Shown in pieces: positions 24,791-37,564 of a stretch of 64,000 bases of DNA. The stretch comes from Hydrolagus colliei (Eukaryota): positions 7,254,001 to 7,318,000 of the forward strand of contig CM068757.1 in assembly GCA_035084275.1 (NCBI GenBank), in the 5' to 3' direction. Position 1 is the first letter of the stretch, and every line of letters begins with the position of its first letter. Made by a program: the position numbers and the translations under genes. The notes beneath the pieces are model-generated. The model saw nothing but the letters and a program-made list of their open reading frames with translations, did no database searches and was not told the origin of the DNA.

Positions 24791-27700
24791 TTGTGAATGC
24801 AAATTTTACTCCAATGCAGTTTACACCCATGATTTTCAACTTAGCAATTTCCTTAGCCATCATTGGTAAATAAGATCAACCCCACTTCAAAATGGGTTAT
24901 TGATACATATGGGGAAGACTGGAGTGTAGTGTATATTTATAAATACCCACATAAATGAAAAACAAATGTTACTAATGACAGTTAACATTTCGATCAACCA
25001 GAATCCAGAGATCAGTGGCGGAATCTTTTTTGAGAACAAGTACAAGAGAACGCGAGTGAAATGCATAAATTTTGGGTCTCGAGCAGGGATTCTGTTTAGT
25101 TGAAGGGAAAAAAGAAGCCCTCTCGTGTAGGACAAGCCCAATATGAGGAAGTAATGCTGATGTCCAAAGGACAATCATTTTTCTATTTGTATGGAACTAA
25201 ATTCCTGTTCAGAACAAGCTCGGTACTTAAACAAGTGGTGTTTTAGCTGCGGTGCTCTTTAACAACCTGCAATAATCTCGTGTCTCACCGAGTGTTCCTA
25301 GCAACTGACTAACGATATTGCTATTTTTATTTTGGAAGCTTACCGCAAGGCGGTCTCATCTGCAGATTAACATTACCTAGAGAAAAAAACATGTGGCTCA
25401 TAGAGCTGCTGAGCTCTTTAGGACTGGATTCAGGGGTGTTTAGTCAAATTCCCCAGCAAGAACAATTCCTGTAAAGAACGAGTTCCGTTTCAATTGGAAT
25501 CTGCCCACTCGCTCTTTGGAGAATTGTCCCGTGTTTCTTTGATTCAGATTTAACTGAATGCAAAGCTGAGTCACAGGAAGGAAGAGATTAAAAAATCTTT
25601 TAAGATGTTCCATTGGGCATAAAGTTTCCATTTTTTAAAACGCATTTTTATCTCGTAGTAAATAAGATCAGCACATGGAGCTATTTTCTCTCCTGATGTC
25701 CATCCTCAGGGTGTTAAGTTAGTCCTATTTTTGGTTGTTGGTAATGGGGGGGGTTGGAGAGAGGGAGTGGTTGAATGGAGTAAAGAAATGGCAAGTAACA
25801 AACTATTATTTACTACCTCAGTGGTTGGATAGGAATGGAATTTGGGTGGGCACCAACTTATGGTGGACCAAAGGAAAGAGAAAGAGGAGGCAGTTGGTGG
25901 TGGGGGGAGGGTTGTGCAAAGATGGTACAAAGCCACAACTGTGCGTGGATGTCAGTCCACATGGGCACAATAACTGCATCTGTGGAAAAAGTCACATACG
26001 TATACACACACACTACAGGTACAGCTAGATCTTCTAATCAGCTACTGACCACAAAGTCAAATGGCAAACATTTGATGTGTGGGTTTGAGGGGTGGGCAGT
26101 GGAGAGAGTATCTGCAGTTTCCATGTGAGGTAGGATATATCAAATTCTCAGTTTGAATTAGATCCTCTCAAGCATGGTTTCCGCAAGTGGCAGGCAGTCA
26201 GCCGACCCCCCTCCCCCCCCCCCCCAAAAACGCAGCACGCTTCTTAATGTTTGCCGTTTTCTCGCCCCTATAAATTTGGCCATTTTAATCACAGCTACTT
26301 CTCCAGGAAAGTATTGCAGGATTGAATACACGGTCATGATGGAACACGCATCTCCAGCTACATGCACCGAAGACCTAGATCAAGACAAGGATACAGCAGT
26401 CTCAGTAGGGATTCAGATTGTGAACATTTTCCAAGCCAAAAAAAAAAGGAAAAAACCTTTGGAAATTCCTGTGGACAGCTGCAGGGGAATGTTTTGTTCA
26501 TGAGGATGCAATTTGTTAAAGGAATGTTCCAGATGCAAATCACGTTAGTTGAATATTTGCGTTCAATAGTGTTAGTGAAGTTCAACCCAAAAATATAACT
26601 AGAGAAGTCTCTTGGGTCTCCTGTACCTGACATTGCGTTTGAAGGCTTGCGTCAGAATACAATCAACCTCTTTTAGAACATCAGCTATGGGAACTCGTAT
26701 GAAAAAATCAAAACATGTTAATGGCTCCCACACAAACCGAGAGCCATTTCTTTTTTTAATGAAATTGTTCTGTTCCAAATAGCACAGTGTATCAGAGAAC
26801 CTTATTTGGAAGGGTGGAAGGAAGTAAGGCACATCAACTACAAGCACATATCCAAATTCAGGCTTGAGAGGTCAAGGGCGGGGCTGCTTTTCACCCTTGA
26901 CACAGAACAAGCATGGTCAACTTGCGCTAAGAAAAAGAATATTACTCACAGACAATGTTATCTGAATAGACAGCAAGGAGCAGTTAGTCTGTATATATAA
27001 CACCGGAAACCAGCCAAGCAAGATGGAATTAATCTTACTGATTACAGGTGATTTATTACTTTTAAAAAGACTAATTTAGTTTGTGACTACCACGGGAATA
27101 AAATGTTTATCCAACATACAAAAAGGAGTGTGTATTTCTAAGGATAATCCTGGACCATCTCTTGGTGCGGAGAAATTGGCATAAAATTACAATACTCAGT
27201 AGCTGCCCTTGTGGAAAGGCTGACTGCATGTTAATTATGCCTATAAAGTTATCCACTCTGACTGACCAGGAAAGTTTAAAACATAATGGTTAATACACAT
27301 TGTAGGAAATGCCATCAAAGCAAAATAAAGCAAGAGTGTATTATCTACAAAGAAAGGTCTTCTTTTGCAAAAGACAAAGTAAAAAATATAATAAAACATT
27401 AAAAAAATGAAGATGAAAAAGGATTGGCTCATGATTTTGTTTTGCTGTGAAAAACGTGATATGCCAACACATGGTTTAATAGTTTTGGAAAGAACTAGAG
27501 AGGAAAACAGTCAAAACTCCCATCAAACCAGGGAGGCAAAGACCACCTGATTGCTGCTGTCCCAAAACATTATAACAACTCAAAAGCTATGCAATAAAAC
27601 TGTGCAATTAACAACTATGTACATTAAAACCGTCTAGTGAACACAGCAAGAGTGGCTCCAGCTCCTTTATAAACAACTTGGCTTGTGGCTTTATCAGTTG

Positions 27701-28421
27701 CACTGAATAGAGGAGCAGATTATTGCCTCATAAACACAGCAACCCTACTTTACATTGCTTAGTAAGGTACAATCCACTTCCCGTTACAAAACTGAAGAAG
27801 AAAAGCTCCAAAAATCTCAATGTTTTGGTGAAAGAAGAGTTTTGTTGTTAAATGGACCGCCGTCCGACACACAGAAATCAGTAAAATAATTGGCAGGACA
27901 TTTTTTTGATATTGACCATTTTTTTCCACAGGGCTGTGTTTACCTTTTGGTGTTGGGTAACAGTTTGAGAGTCACAATGTATTTTGTGGTTCAGAAATTA
28001 GATGAATGTTTGAGGTATTGACACAGCTGGAGATATAATGGCTAGGCCAGTTACTGAAAAATTGGGTAGATTGGATTTAATTCACATCTCACTTTAGCTG
28101 GGGTCAAAACGGTTGCAAAGCTGAAACTAAGACTATAGGAACATTCAGTGCTAACAACTTCTGGACGGGAAGTTTAAATAAAATTTATACAACACTATTT
28201 AAACTGATCTTGGAAGCCTTTGAAAGTGACGTAATTTGGTTTCCAGAGGCAAAGACTTGTTCTCAACAATAGAATGCCAATTGTAAGAAACACATAAGCA
28301 CAGCTGCTCCACCTCATGGTCGGTTTGACAATTGTAGGTGATCCGACAATCCTCACAGATTATCAGGCAGTGGAATACTGGAATGCAGAAGAAATGTTGG
28401 GTCTAACACAGGATCCTACTA

Positions 28422-28818
28422 TGGAGTCCTGTAGCGTTGTGGTTAGTGTGCTCGCCTCAAGAGCGAGAGGACTCAGGTTCAATTTTCGGAGCTTTAGACA
28501 GGTTTCCTTCACTCCGCACGCTTATGTATAGGATCCCAGTTGTTAGTTCATTAGTTAGTTCGTCAGTTAGTTTGTTAGTTGATCTGTCAGTTGATTAGCG
28601 AATTGTTATCCAGGGATAACAAATCCCTAATTTTAAAAATGGGGTCACTCTCTCCACAGACCTGTTTGTGGGACACTGCTGTTGTGCAACTGGCTGCTGC
28701 ATTTTGCCTACAATATACACAGTCAATCCACTTTACAGTATATTCTTTGAAGTGCTTTGAGGTGTCTCAATGATGTGAAAAGATACTATATCAAATGCAA
28801 GGATTGTGATAGTTATTA
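28422..28818 (+). mobile_element. Full-length tRNA-head SINE (long subfamily) with internal (ttag)-like microsatellite expansion
   Basis: tggagtcctgtagcgttgtggttagtgtgctcgcc...ggttcaatt...; central gtataggatcccagttgttagtt...; canonical tail. Confidence 0.88.
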
Positions 28819-29394
28819 CAAGATACTGGGATTTTTTTTGTATGGTGAATGACTAGAGTTGCTCAGCCATGTGGAATGTGTCTAATAATAATTTAAAAGC
28901 TGCTGTTGCCAATATTCTGCATCCACGTTGTACTGAAATAGGGACATTTGTATTTTGGGGTTCTAATTTGATGTGATGTGGAACAGGAAGTGTAAAGTAA
29001 GCTTTGTGTTCAACATTGCTTTTTTTTTTCTGCACTGCCAGGAGCAAAGCCACTTAAATCCTATCAGTATAACTTCCAGTACGGAGTGTCACTGAGCCAC
29101 AATGATTCTGCTGGGAAAAACCATCACCCAGGCCTGAAATACCTGAAAAGGAATTATGAGAGGAAGTGAAGCAATCACCATTCTACAATGGCATTTCGCT
29201 AGATTCAGCTCCGATGAGACATGACAGTGTGGTATGCGTGTAATCCTCCACCACAACCAACATCCTCTGTTTGTCATCTTACTTCCACCACATTCGCTTC
29301 CTCAAATTTGAAAGAAAGACAAATTTGGAGCCACATGTCTCTCTGGGTGTCCTTACTATAAATTCCTACCTGGATGTAAAGAGTGTCAACAATC

Positions 29395-29900
29395 TAGGTT
29401 GATGAAAAATGCAGCACATCATCCATCCGCACCACCCGCACCAAACTTCACTCCCCCATTACCCCAGCCCTTGCCAGACTTCACTGGCTCCCTATCCACG
29501 AGAGGATCGACTTCAAGACCCTCACCCTTGTTTTCAAATCCTTCCACTCCTCTGCACCCCCCTACCTCTCTGACCTCCTCTCTGCTCAAACCAGCTCCCG
29601 TTGCCTTCGCTGCACTGGGTCTGGCCTCCTCCATGTCCCCCGAATCCTCCGCTCCACCCTCGGCAGCTGGGCCTTCAGCCACTATGCCCCGAGGCTCTGG
29701 AATTCCCTTCCTCACTACCTTCGCCTCGCCCCCCCTCTTTTCTCAGTTTCCGGTCCCAGGTGAAGACCTTTCTCTTCAACCGCGCCTTTGGTCACCTTTC
29801 TACCCCTGCCCCTGGCTCAGTCCCGGGATCCGTTATTGTGAAGCGCTCTGAGACACCGTCCGGCATGGAGGGCGCTATATAAATCAAAGTTGTTGTTGTT
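29395..29900 (+). mobile_element. L2 LINE 3' end (~500 bp)
   Basis: ...cttcactggctccctatccacgagaggatcgacttcaagacc (LHWLP..ERIDFK) ... gaagcgctctgagacaccgtccggcatggagggcgctatataaatcaaagttgttgttgtt. Confidence 0.9.
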
Positions 29901-30774
29901 GTGGACTTTTTTTGTCAGTTACTGTTAGAACTGGAGCATCTACTTACAAGAATCTCAATATTACCTGCTTTCTCAATTGAATGGTTACTTTTCTACTACC
30001 TACAGTGTGTGTCTATCCTTTCTCAAGCATTTGTAGCCACTAGTTTCTGTTCAATGAATAGAACTTCAATCCTGTTAGAAAAAACAGATAGTCCGGAAAT
30101 TTCTTCCTTTTCCTACATGAGCTAGCCGGGACATTGTGGCCTGATTGACAATCTTATTGCTCCAGGCTAGTCGAAAAGAAACCAATTATTAGCGGTTTCT
30201 ATGGAGCTATTGTGCTATTTCCCCACAAAATGCTTTTGTTTTATTTCAGCTTTATGAGAACCGTGTGTCTAGTCACACAAGCTTATCCACTGCAAGACTC
30301 CAGACACTGCCTCCAGCAAAGAATGCGTTATGAAAGCCATTTGAAGTCTTATTATCTTAGCATAATGCTTCGTTTAACTCCTAAAATGCCAGGCCAATTT
30401 TGTAATTATTTTGTGGGTGGTGGGCACAAATTTCGATGGGCTCAAATAACCATAAGAATTATAAGCCTCACATTTGATATTAGCAACTTTCGATTCAGGA
30501 GGATGACTCAAAGCGCTTCATAGGATTTATTACGTTTTTGTGGACAAGTGTGACAGCCGTTTTGCACACAGCGAGGCCTCAAAAACTACCATGAACTAAA
30601 CAACTATTTTATTGGGGGATTGCCATAAGATGGCAGCTGACCTTGTAAATGTCTCTAATAATATTCTAAACCCTGCCGAAATCAGTATTCTCTACATGCA
30701 CTGGACTGCATTTGTGTTTTTCAGTCCCAACTTAATGTGATGAAGAAATGTAAAATTAGGCTCCTGGCTCAAAC

Positions 30775-31135
30775 ATCAGGACTTGGAACTCATATCAGCC
30801 TAAGCTGATCTCAAGTGCCAGCAATGGGCGTTTGCTGCATTGTTGGAGGTGGCATGCTATGGATTCAACGTTAGACTGAGTCCCGTCTGCCTGTCAAGGT
30901 GGACATTAAACTTACCATGGTACCATTGAAGAAGATAAGGGAGTTTCTCCCAGTGTCCTGGCCAACAATCCCAAATTCTCTTCATGGCGTTTAGTGAGAT
31001 ATTTGTGTGTAAATTGGCCGCCGCGTTCGCTCACAAAATACACACAGTCGCAACACTTTATGGTGTATCACGTGAAGTGCTTTGAGAAGTCTTGATACGG
31101 CTTGATACATCAAATTCCAGGGTCACTATTATATT
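30775..31135 (+). mobile_element. Deu-domain SINE (SacSINE1-like)
   Basis: gctgcattgttggaggtg...cccgtctgcctgtcaaggtggacattaaa...gaagaagataagggagtttctcccagtgtcctggccaaca...aaattggccgccgcgttcgc. Confidence 0.85.
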
Positions 31136-31906
31136 AATACATCTCCATACTGCCAGGAGCAAAAGTCACTTAATTCCTGGCAGAGTCTGAATCCCAGAAC
31201 AAGTGTCATTTGGCCACAATGACACAGCAGAGAAACCAACATCAGGACCTCAAATTCCTGCTGCGGAATCATCAGAGGAAATGAAGCAATCATAATGATC
31301 TAGATTCATCTCTGATGAGACATGCTGGAGACACAACCACCTCCTCAAACCGCATTGCTGACTTTCTACAACATCCCTGCCAATTCTTTCCATGAACAGA
31401 TCATGGTAAACAAGCTGATAGTTTCTAATTAAAATTACAAAGCCCATTATTCCTGAAGACTGATTAGTGGTAGGGAAAATATGTGCTTAATTTGGCGGCT
31501 CAAATCTGCTGCAGTCGTGAAATAAGTGATCGGTGTTGATTTACATCCAATGCACTCTGATAAATGCTCTATAAATCCTTTCAGAATTCTATTCCCTGCA
31601 GAATTCTGCAACTTTGCCACCCGATGTTGAGTGTTCGGCAATATATAATATCCATTGTTAAAACTGACACTGCCAAATACCACATCTCTTTACAATGCCA
31701 GAAGGCAGTTGATTAATTAACTGTACAAAAAACAAATTGTAGCGTGCCATCAGGAGGAAATACCAGGCATTATTTACTGGTACTGCCACGTTTGTCCCTC
31801 ACCACTGCATTCTTCCAGTTGTTGTGAGGCAGATTAAGTTTGTGATTGTTTAACTCATCATGTGGCCTGAATGTTCTGCGTACCTTATATATATAATCTT
31901 AACGAA

Positions 31907-32215
31907 TGGAGTCTTGTAACTCAGTGGTTAGAGCACTCGCCTTGCAAGCGAGAGATCTGGGTTCAATTCCTGGCCAGGGTGAAGCCTTGGGCAAGTTTCC
32001 TTACTCCATACAGTTGATAATAATCCCTCTGAAAAAAAAAAAAAAATTTGGTCACTCAATCCACAGCTATTTGTGGGACACTGCTGTGTGCAATTGGCTG
32101 CTGCATTTCATCCACAAGTATACAGTCAATTTACTTTACAGTATATTCTGTGAAGCGCTTTGAGACATCTAGAAGAGGTAAAAATCACTATATCAAATGC
32201 AAGGATTATTATTAT
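31907..32215 (+). mobile_element. Full-length tRNA-head SINE (short subfamily)
   Basis: tggagtcttgtaactcagtggttagagcactcgccttgcaagcgagagatctgggttcaattcc (A and B boxes), canonical tail (att)n. Confidence 0.92.
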
Positions 32216-34540
32216 GAATCTTCACTATTGAAAACGCAGCTCTCCAAAAGATTTCTTGGTTAATTTAAAGACCATTAGAGAGGAACGTGATAGACAGAAA
32301 TAAAATTTATTTCCACATTCACACCGCCCTTTGGTTACACAGTACCAAAATACATATTATGAGAGTTAACACAAAAATATTTGGGATCCAAATGTTATCA
32401 TCGACATGTGGTTAATGGTTTTATTGATTTTGCTGAACATTTAATTTTTTTGAAAAACATAATATTTTCAATTGACCCTTATTCTGCTAATCACAGATTC
32501 CTATCTTTTTTTATCTAAACTAACTGGAAATGAAGGATGAGTCTCTGGGATGAATTTTCAATCGGCAGTGTGATACAATATAAGTCACTACTGGGGGTAA
32601 TGAATTTGTCTCCAGCTGGCAATGCTTGATGGGAAAGTTAATTGCCTCTAACTTTGGCTGCTCCTTGAAATTACTCATCCAGTGGTAACCATGGTGAGTA
32701 GAAGATAGAAACTGAAATCCCTGCCAGCAAGTTGTGCTGGTCTTGTCCTACATCATCAGACACAAGACGCGAATATGGTTAGTTTCTGTCAATGTTTCTC
32801 AGTCGCTCCTGGTTGGCGGCAGCAGGTCAGGCTGGATGCTCTGGCCAACTTTCTTGGGCCTGAGGCCTATGGTCTGGGTTCCACGCCAGAATGTGGTAGC
32901 TATAATCCTAAACTATGTGTAATGGTGTACAAACAAAATGCTTCAGTTATGTGCTGTGTGCTAAAGGCACAGCAAGACAGCAATTTCCATGACTTGTAAA
33001 TATAATACTCTGTCAGACAGAGAGGCCTGTATATAAATGTCTGGAAAATAAACATTATTCCCATTAGACATTGTATTTTGTATTCAAGGCAATGATAGAC
33101 AAAACATTGATGGTCACGTTTGTTTCTGATACTTGCCATATGTATTTAGGTCCTGACGAGGCATTACTCTGGTGGCTTATGTTTGAAGAAAGAACGATCA
33201 AAGTTCCCTGATGGCCCAATCTACTAAGTTGTGTGGCATTACGTGATACGGCGCCATGTACAGACAAAGTAGATCAAAACTCTGATCCCTGTCTTGTGCT
33301 TTGCTTCCTTACTTTTACTATTACTGTTTTACTTAATACTGGCACTGTACTATCTTTCTCTGCTCTTTCTCATTCTTCCCCTAGCTCTGTACATTCGCTT
33401 TTCTTCTGAATTTCAATTTTAAAGCTCACGCCGTGCTTATAATCTTTGAAAATCTAAATTGCCGCCACTTCAAACCCCAAGATAATACACAAAATTCATT
33501 GTGACAATTTTTTTTAACAAAAACACAAAATGAGAAAATGTAATGTGTCCTATCAACCTATTCCATTCCCAGTTATGTACCTCCTAATCTTCAAGCTACC
33601 TCTTGAGTGGTACACTGCGTGAGAGGTGCAATAGAAATTGAAGTTGTTTGCCTTATGTTGGAATCCTCACCAGTCCCACAGACGGTGAAATGGTTTTGTT
33701 TATATCATTCAGTCTGGCTCAGTTGGTGGGATTCCTGTCCCTGGATTAGAAGATTATGAGTTTGAGTACCAAATTGGGACTTTGAGCTCATAGTCTAGGC
33801 TAGTACTCGATGGCAATGCTGCATTAGTGGAGAACTGCATTGTTGAAGAAGCCATTCTTTTGCCAAGACCACATTTTCTAGTTTCTGGTCAAAAAAGAAT
33901 ATTCCAGTGTTTCGAGATGACCAAAAGCTGATTAAAGACAAACAGCTGGATTCTGTCACCAACTCGCAGCACAAGATTCCAAGAGTGAGACACTGGAATT
34001 CTATTATTACCATTAGCATGGATTTCAAAACAATTTTCTTAAGATGCTATCTTGAAGATGGACAAAATGTGTTAACAGGGGCAAGCTGTGGCAAAAGTGT
34101 ATGGGGAGGAATTGGGAAAGGCTAGGAATCTTCAAATCTCGGGTCTCACTTACAACTACTTAATTTTAAACCTTTGCCCTCTACTTCTGCTCTCATGGTC
34201 CAAGCCAAATAACAACCTCCCCTGCTGCCTAAACAAACCAAGAGAAGGGTTCAAGTTCTGTAGCATCAATAAAGATGGAGTGATAAGGCAATGGAAACAG
34301 GCCATTCGGTCCAACCATAGTGCAAGATAGACCAAATTAAGGGGCACAAATCCATTCACATGCTTGCTACATTCTGCCAAGGGCATCAGAAATTCTTTAG
34401 AAGGTGACTTGTTTTCAAATGACTGTAACATTCTGGTGCTTTCCTGAACAAATTGGAGTAGCACTGTTCATGTCAAACCATGTCCAGGCCTATGTTTCTT
34501 ATAAGCACACATAATAAACAAACAAAAAAAATCCATAACT

Positions 34541-35085
34541 TAACATCTTTTACATTGGGAGGATGTCTCAAAGCACTTCACGCTGAGGAATGTAATGACT
34601 GTGCAAACTCTAAAACTTTTTCCCTCAACTCCTCCGCTTTTGCAAGTCCTGCCTGAAAACCTTTTATCAACTGCACTTACAGTCACCTTTACCCACCTCC
34701 CCCACCCACCCCACCACTGTTTGGAGTCAGGTTCCGCCACTGTTAAGTGCTCTGAGACGCTAACCTGCATGGAGGGCGCTGTACAAGTGTAAGTTGTTGT
34801 TGTAGGCAACAGTCAATTGCTGCACAGCAGTGTCCCACAAAGAGCCACAAAGTAAAGTACCAATTTTATTTGGGGGATTGTTGGCCAAGTCACTGGGAGA
34901 AAATTCCTTAAACATTCTTCTGAACAGGCAGACGGAACCCAGTCTTATTCAAAGGAAACACCTCCAATAAAGCACAATCCCAATTGGAGTGCCAGCCAAG
35001 ACAATACAAGTTCAAAATACTAATGTGGGATTTGAACCCACAACCTTCCAAATTGGAGGCAATTTGCTACCAACTGAGCCAGGCT
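34541..35085 (-). mobile_element. Deu-domain SINE with a + strand L2 tail inserted (~34610-34803)
   Basis: Head gtgggatttgaacccacaaccttc...gctaccaactgagcc; core ctgaacaggcagacgg; nested ...gagacgctaacctgcatggagggcgctgtacaagtgtaagttgttgttg. Confidence 0.75.
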
Positions 35086-37316
35086 GATCTTTACAGCCCA
35101 GATCTTTAAAATGTTGAGGTGCTACAATGTGTGTAGAGCATGCAGTGCCGAGAGATTGATTGAGGATGTTGAGGGTTAAAGGATTTATGCTCCTGGGAGG
35201 TTCTGTAATGCACACACTTTGGATGGCCTCAACAATGACTCACAAAGGTTAATAAAAATGGGATGTTACACTTAAAATGGCTGCTATAAATATACCCAGA
35301 TGATTATTTTTTATATTGGAAATCTTGTAGCAATTTTATTCCTCTATAACAAACATACACCCAACCCTAAATAATTAGCAGTTTACGGTAATATTGCAAA
35401 ACAATACATAACATTATGTAACATCATTTTATACTGAATGCCTTCATTTTAAGGAGTCTGGATCTGAACATGACAGCCATTCAGATAGCCTCACAAATTG
35501 CACAAAGTTCTCAAATCATTGGCTCCTGTACATGACTATTGCTGCATCAAAACACGATGTACCCATCCAAACATGATAAAATCCCATCATCATCACAAGA
35601 TGACATTTTAATACTATCAATTAATCTGCTGCCTCATCAGGTATGGAAGCTCCCACTATGTCCATATTAGTAGTGGAATCCACATCCAGCTTCTCATTCA
35701 TTTCCATCACAGCACAGAGCACAGTTGTCATTTTGGAATGCCCCACATCCAACAACATTCTTTATGTGAGGTAGAGTAGCTAGATAACCTGTTGCCAACT
35801 CTCTCTGTTATTCCCATTCTTAAAGAGATTATTGGTATCCAAGACACTGTTTACCTTTTCTCCTTCATCTCTCAGCTTGTTGCCTCATCTCCTTCCCTGA
35901 ATCAACAACATCACCACCCTAGTAGTTGCTCAAGTAAACTTGGGAGACTGCTAAGAGTTTCTGTGCAGTAAAGGTTACAGCAAAAGAATCACCATTCAAG
36001 GACACAAATAAGATTAGATCATACAAACAAGAGATGAGAAACCAAAGTATCATACATCTGTTTTGAGCATTAATGTTACATTGTTAAAAAGTAAAGGTAA
36101 AATGGAACCCATAGAATCCCAATTAAAGTGAAAACAAAAACAATACAACTTTCCGATCTTGACCATTATCGTTTAAAAACAGCTCCTGTTCTGAACGGAT
36201 CACACAAAAAGTGAAGCCAAGGTTTCTCACGAAATTTGATCATGAGCCTCAGCGATCCTGAGATTTTGCCTCACTATTGTGCAGAATAATGGAGTTTCTG
36301 GGTTGTAAGTGGATGGGACCACAGTAGCTTTCTTTGTTGCAGCTTTCTTTCTTCAGCATTTCTTTCTCACACCATTTGTGATGCCACAATACACCTACCA
36401 TTTACACCATGTTCAGACAGTGTGGTATCAGATATTGTCCCCAGCTCACATGTACCGGCTTCACTTCTCCGACAACAGCCCATTACAATGCTGCCCAGTC
36501 TTCTCCTCACCCATATGCCGACAACAAAATGACCCATTAACTGCTTAAAGGCACTCAGTGAGCTTTGCGATTTGAAACGAAGAAGTACATTTAAGGAAGC
36601 ATCCCAGAAACTAGGAGCGATTTCCTGTGCCTCGGGTTATAAAAACAAATATGCAGAAATTTGTATTAATATGGGTCAAATTAATAATTCCACTAATGGA
36701 AATATTTTGCTAATTCACAGCCCATCCATATTTCCATGCCAACACAAAACATAAACGAAGCTCTCCAAATTAGTTGTTTTGCATTTTGCTGCTAACTGCA
36801 GAACAAATCTAGTAAATAAAGAGAACCAGTACATAATGAACATGTTATCCCACATTTTCTTGCCTGCACTCTTCTGGGAGTAATCTGCTCGCTTCACCCA
36901 TACTCCACATTCCAGAGTTACATGCCAAAGCCAGATTTGCACTCTTGAAGGAAAGAGGTCATCCATTTGGGAGAAATTACCTTCTTTTTTATCACTTGCA
37001 TTAAATCCAACCCTAAAAATTTGAACAATTCACACTGTAAAATAGAGCGAATAATGATAAGAGCCACATGGACCCTTTCCTTTGCATTACTGTATTTAAT
37101 GTGAAAAATGCTAGAAGCACTTTAGACTGTATACTTTCATCAAGCAGCACTTTTACATTCTCTGGCTGGACAACACCAAATAAACTGTTCCTGGATTGCA
37201 ATATAGGCCTGTGTATCTGATGGGTACAAGAACTCAATTTTGTTTGCTCTCAAACTTACAATAAAATACAACATATATTCGTATGAAGCCTTTCATGTTG
37301 CGAGGATGTCTTAAAA

Positions 37317-37564
37317 CAAGTTTCCTTACTCCACACGCCTCTGTTTGCCTAGCGATACGTAAGAACCTAGTTGTTAGTTGATAGGCAGATCACTTTCCGA
37401 GGGTAAAAAATTATTTTGTTGGACACTGCTGTGTGCAATTGGCTGCCACACTTTGCCTAGAAAATACACAATCAATCCACTTGACAATACATTCTGAAAG
37501 GAGCTATGAGATGTCTCAACGGCATGATGAACCTCTATATCAGCTGCAAGGATTAGGATTATAA
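37317..37564 (+). mobile_element. 5'-truncated SINE (long subfamily)
   Basis: caagtttccttactccacacgcctctgtttgcctagcgatacgtaagaacctagttgttagttgataggcagatc, followed by the tail. Confidence 0.85.

Noticed and set aside
26174-26847. Overlapping ORFs at 26.2-26.8 kb as a pseudogene
   Set aside because: No homology recognised, and homopolymer runs and stops interrupt every frame; kept only as a weak acceptor candidate.
29399-29882. Pro/Ser-rich 150-aa and overlapping ORFs
   Set aside because: They are alternative frames of an L2 3' end.
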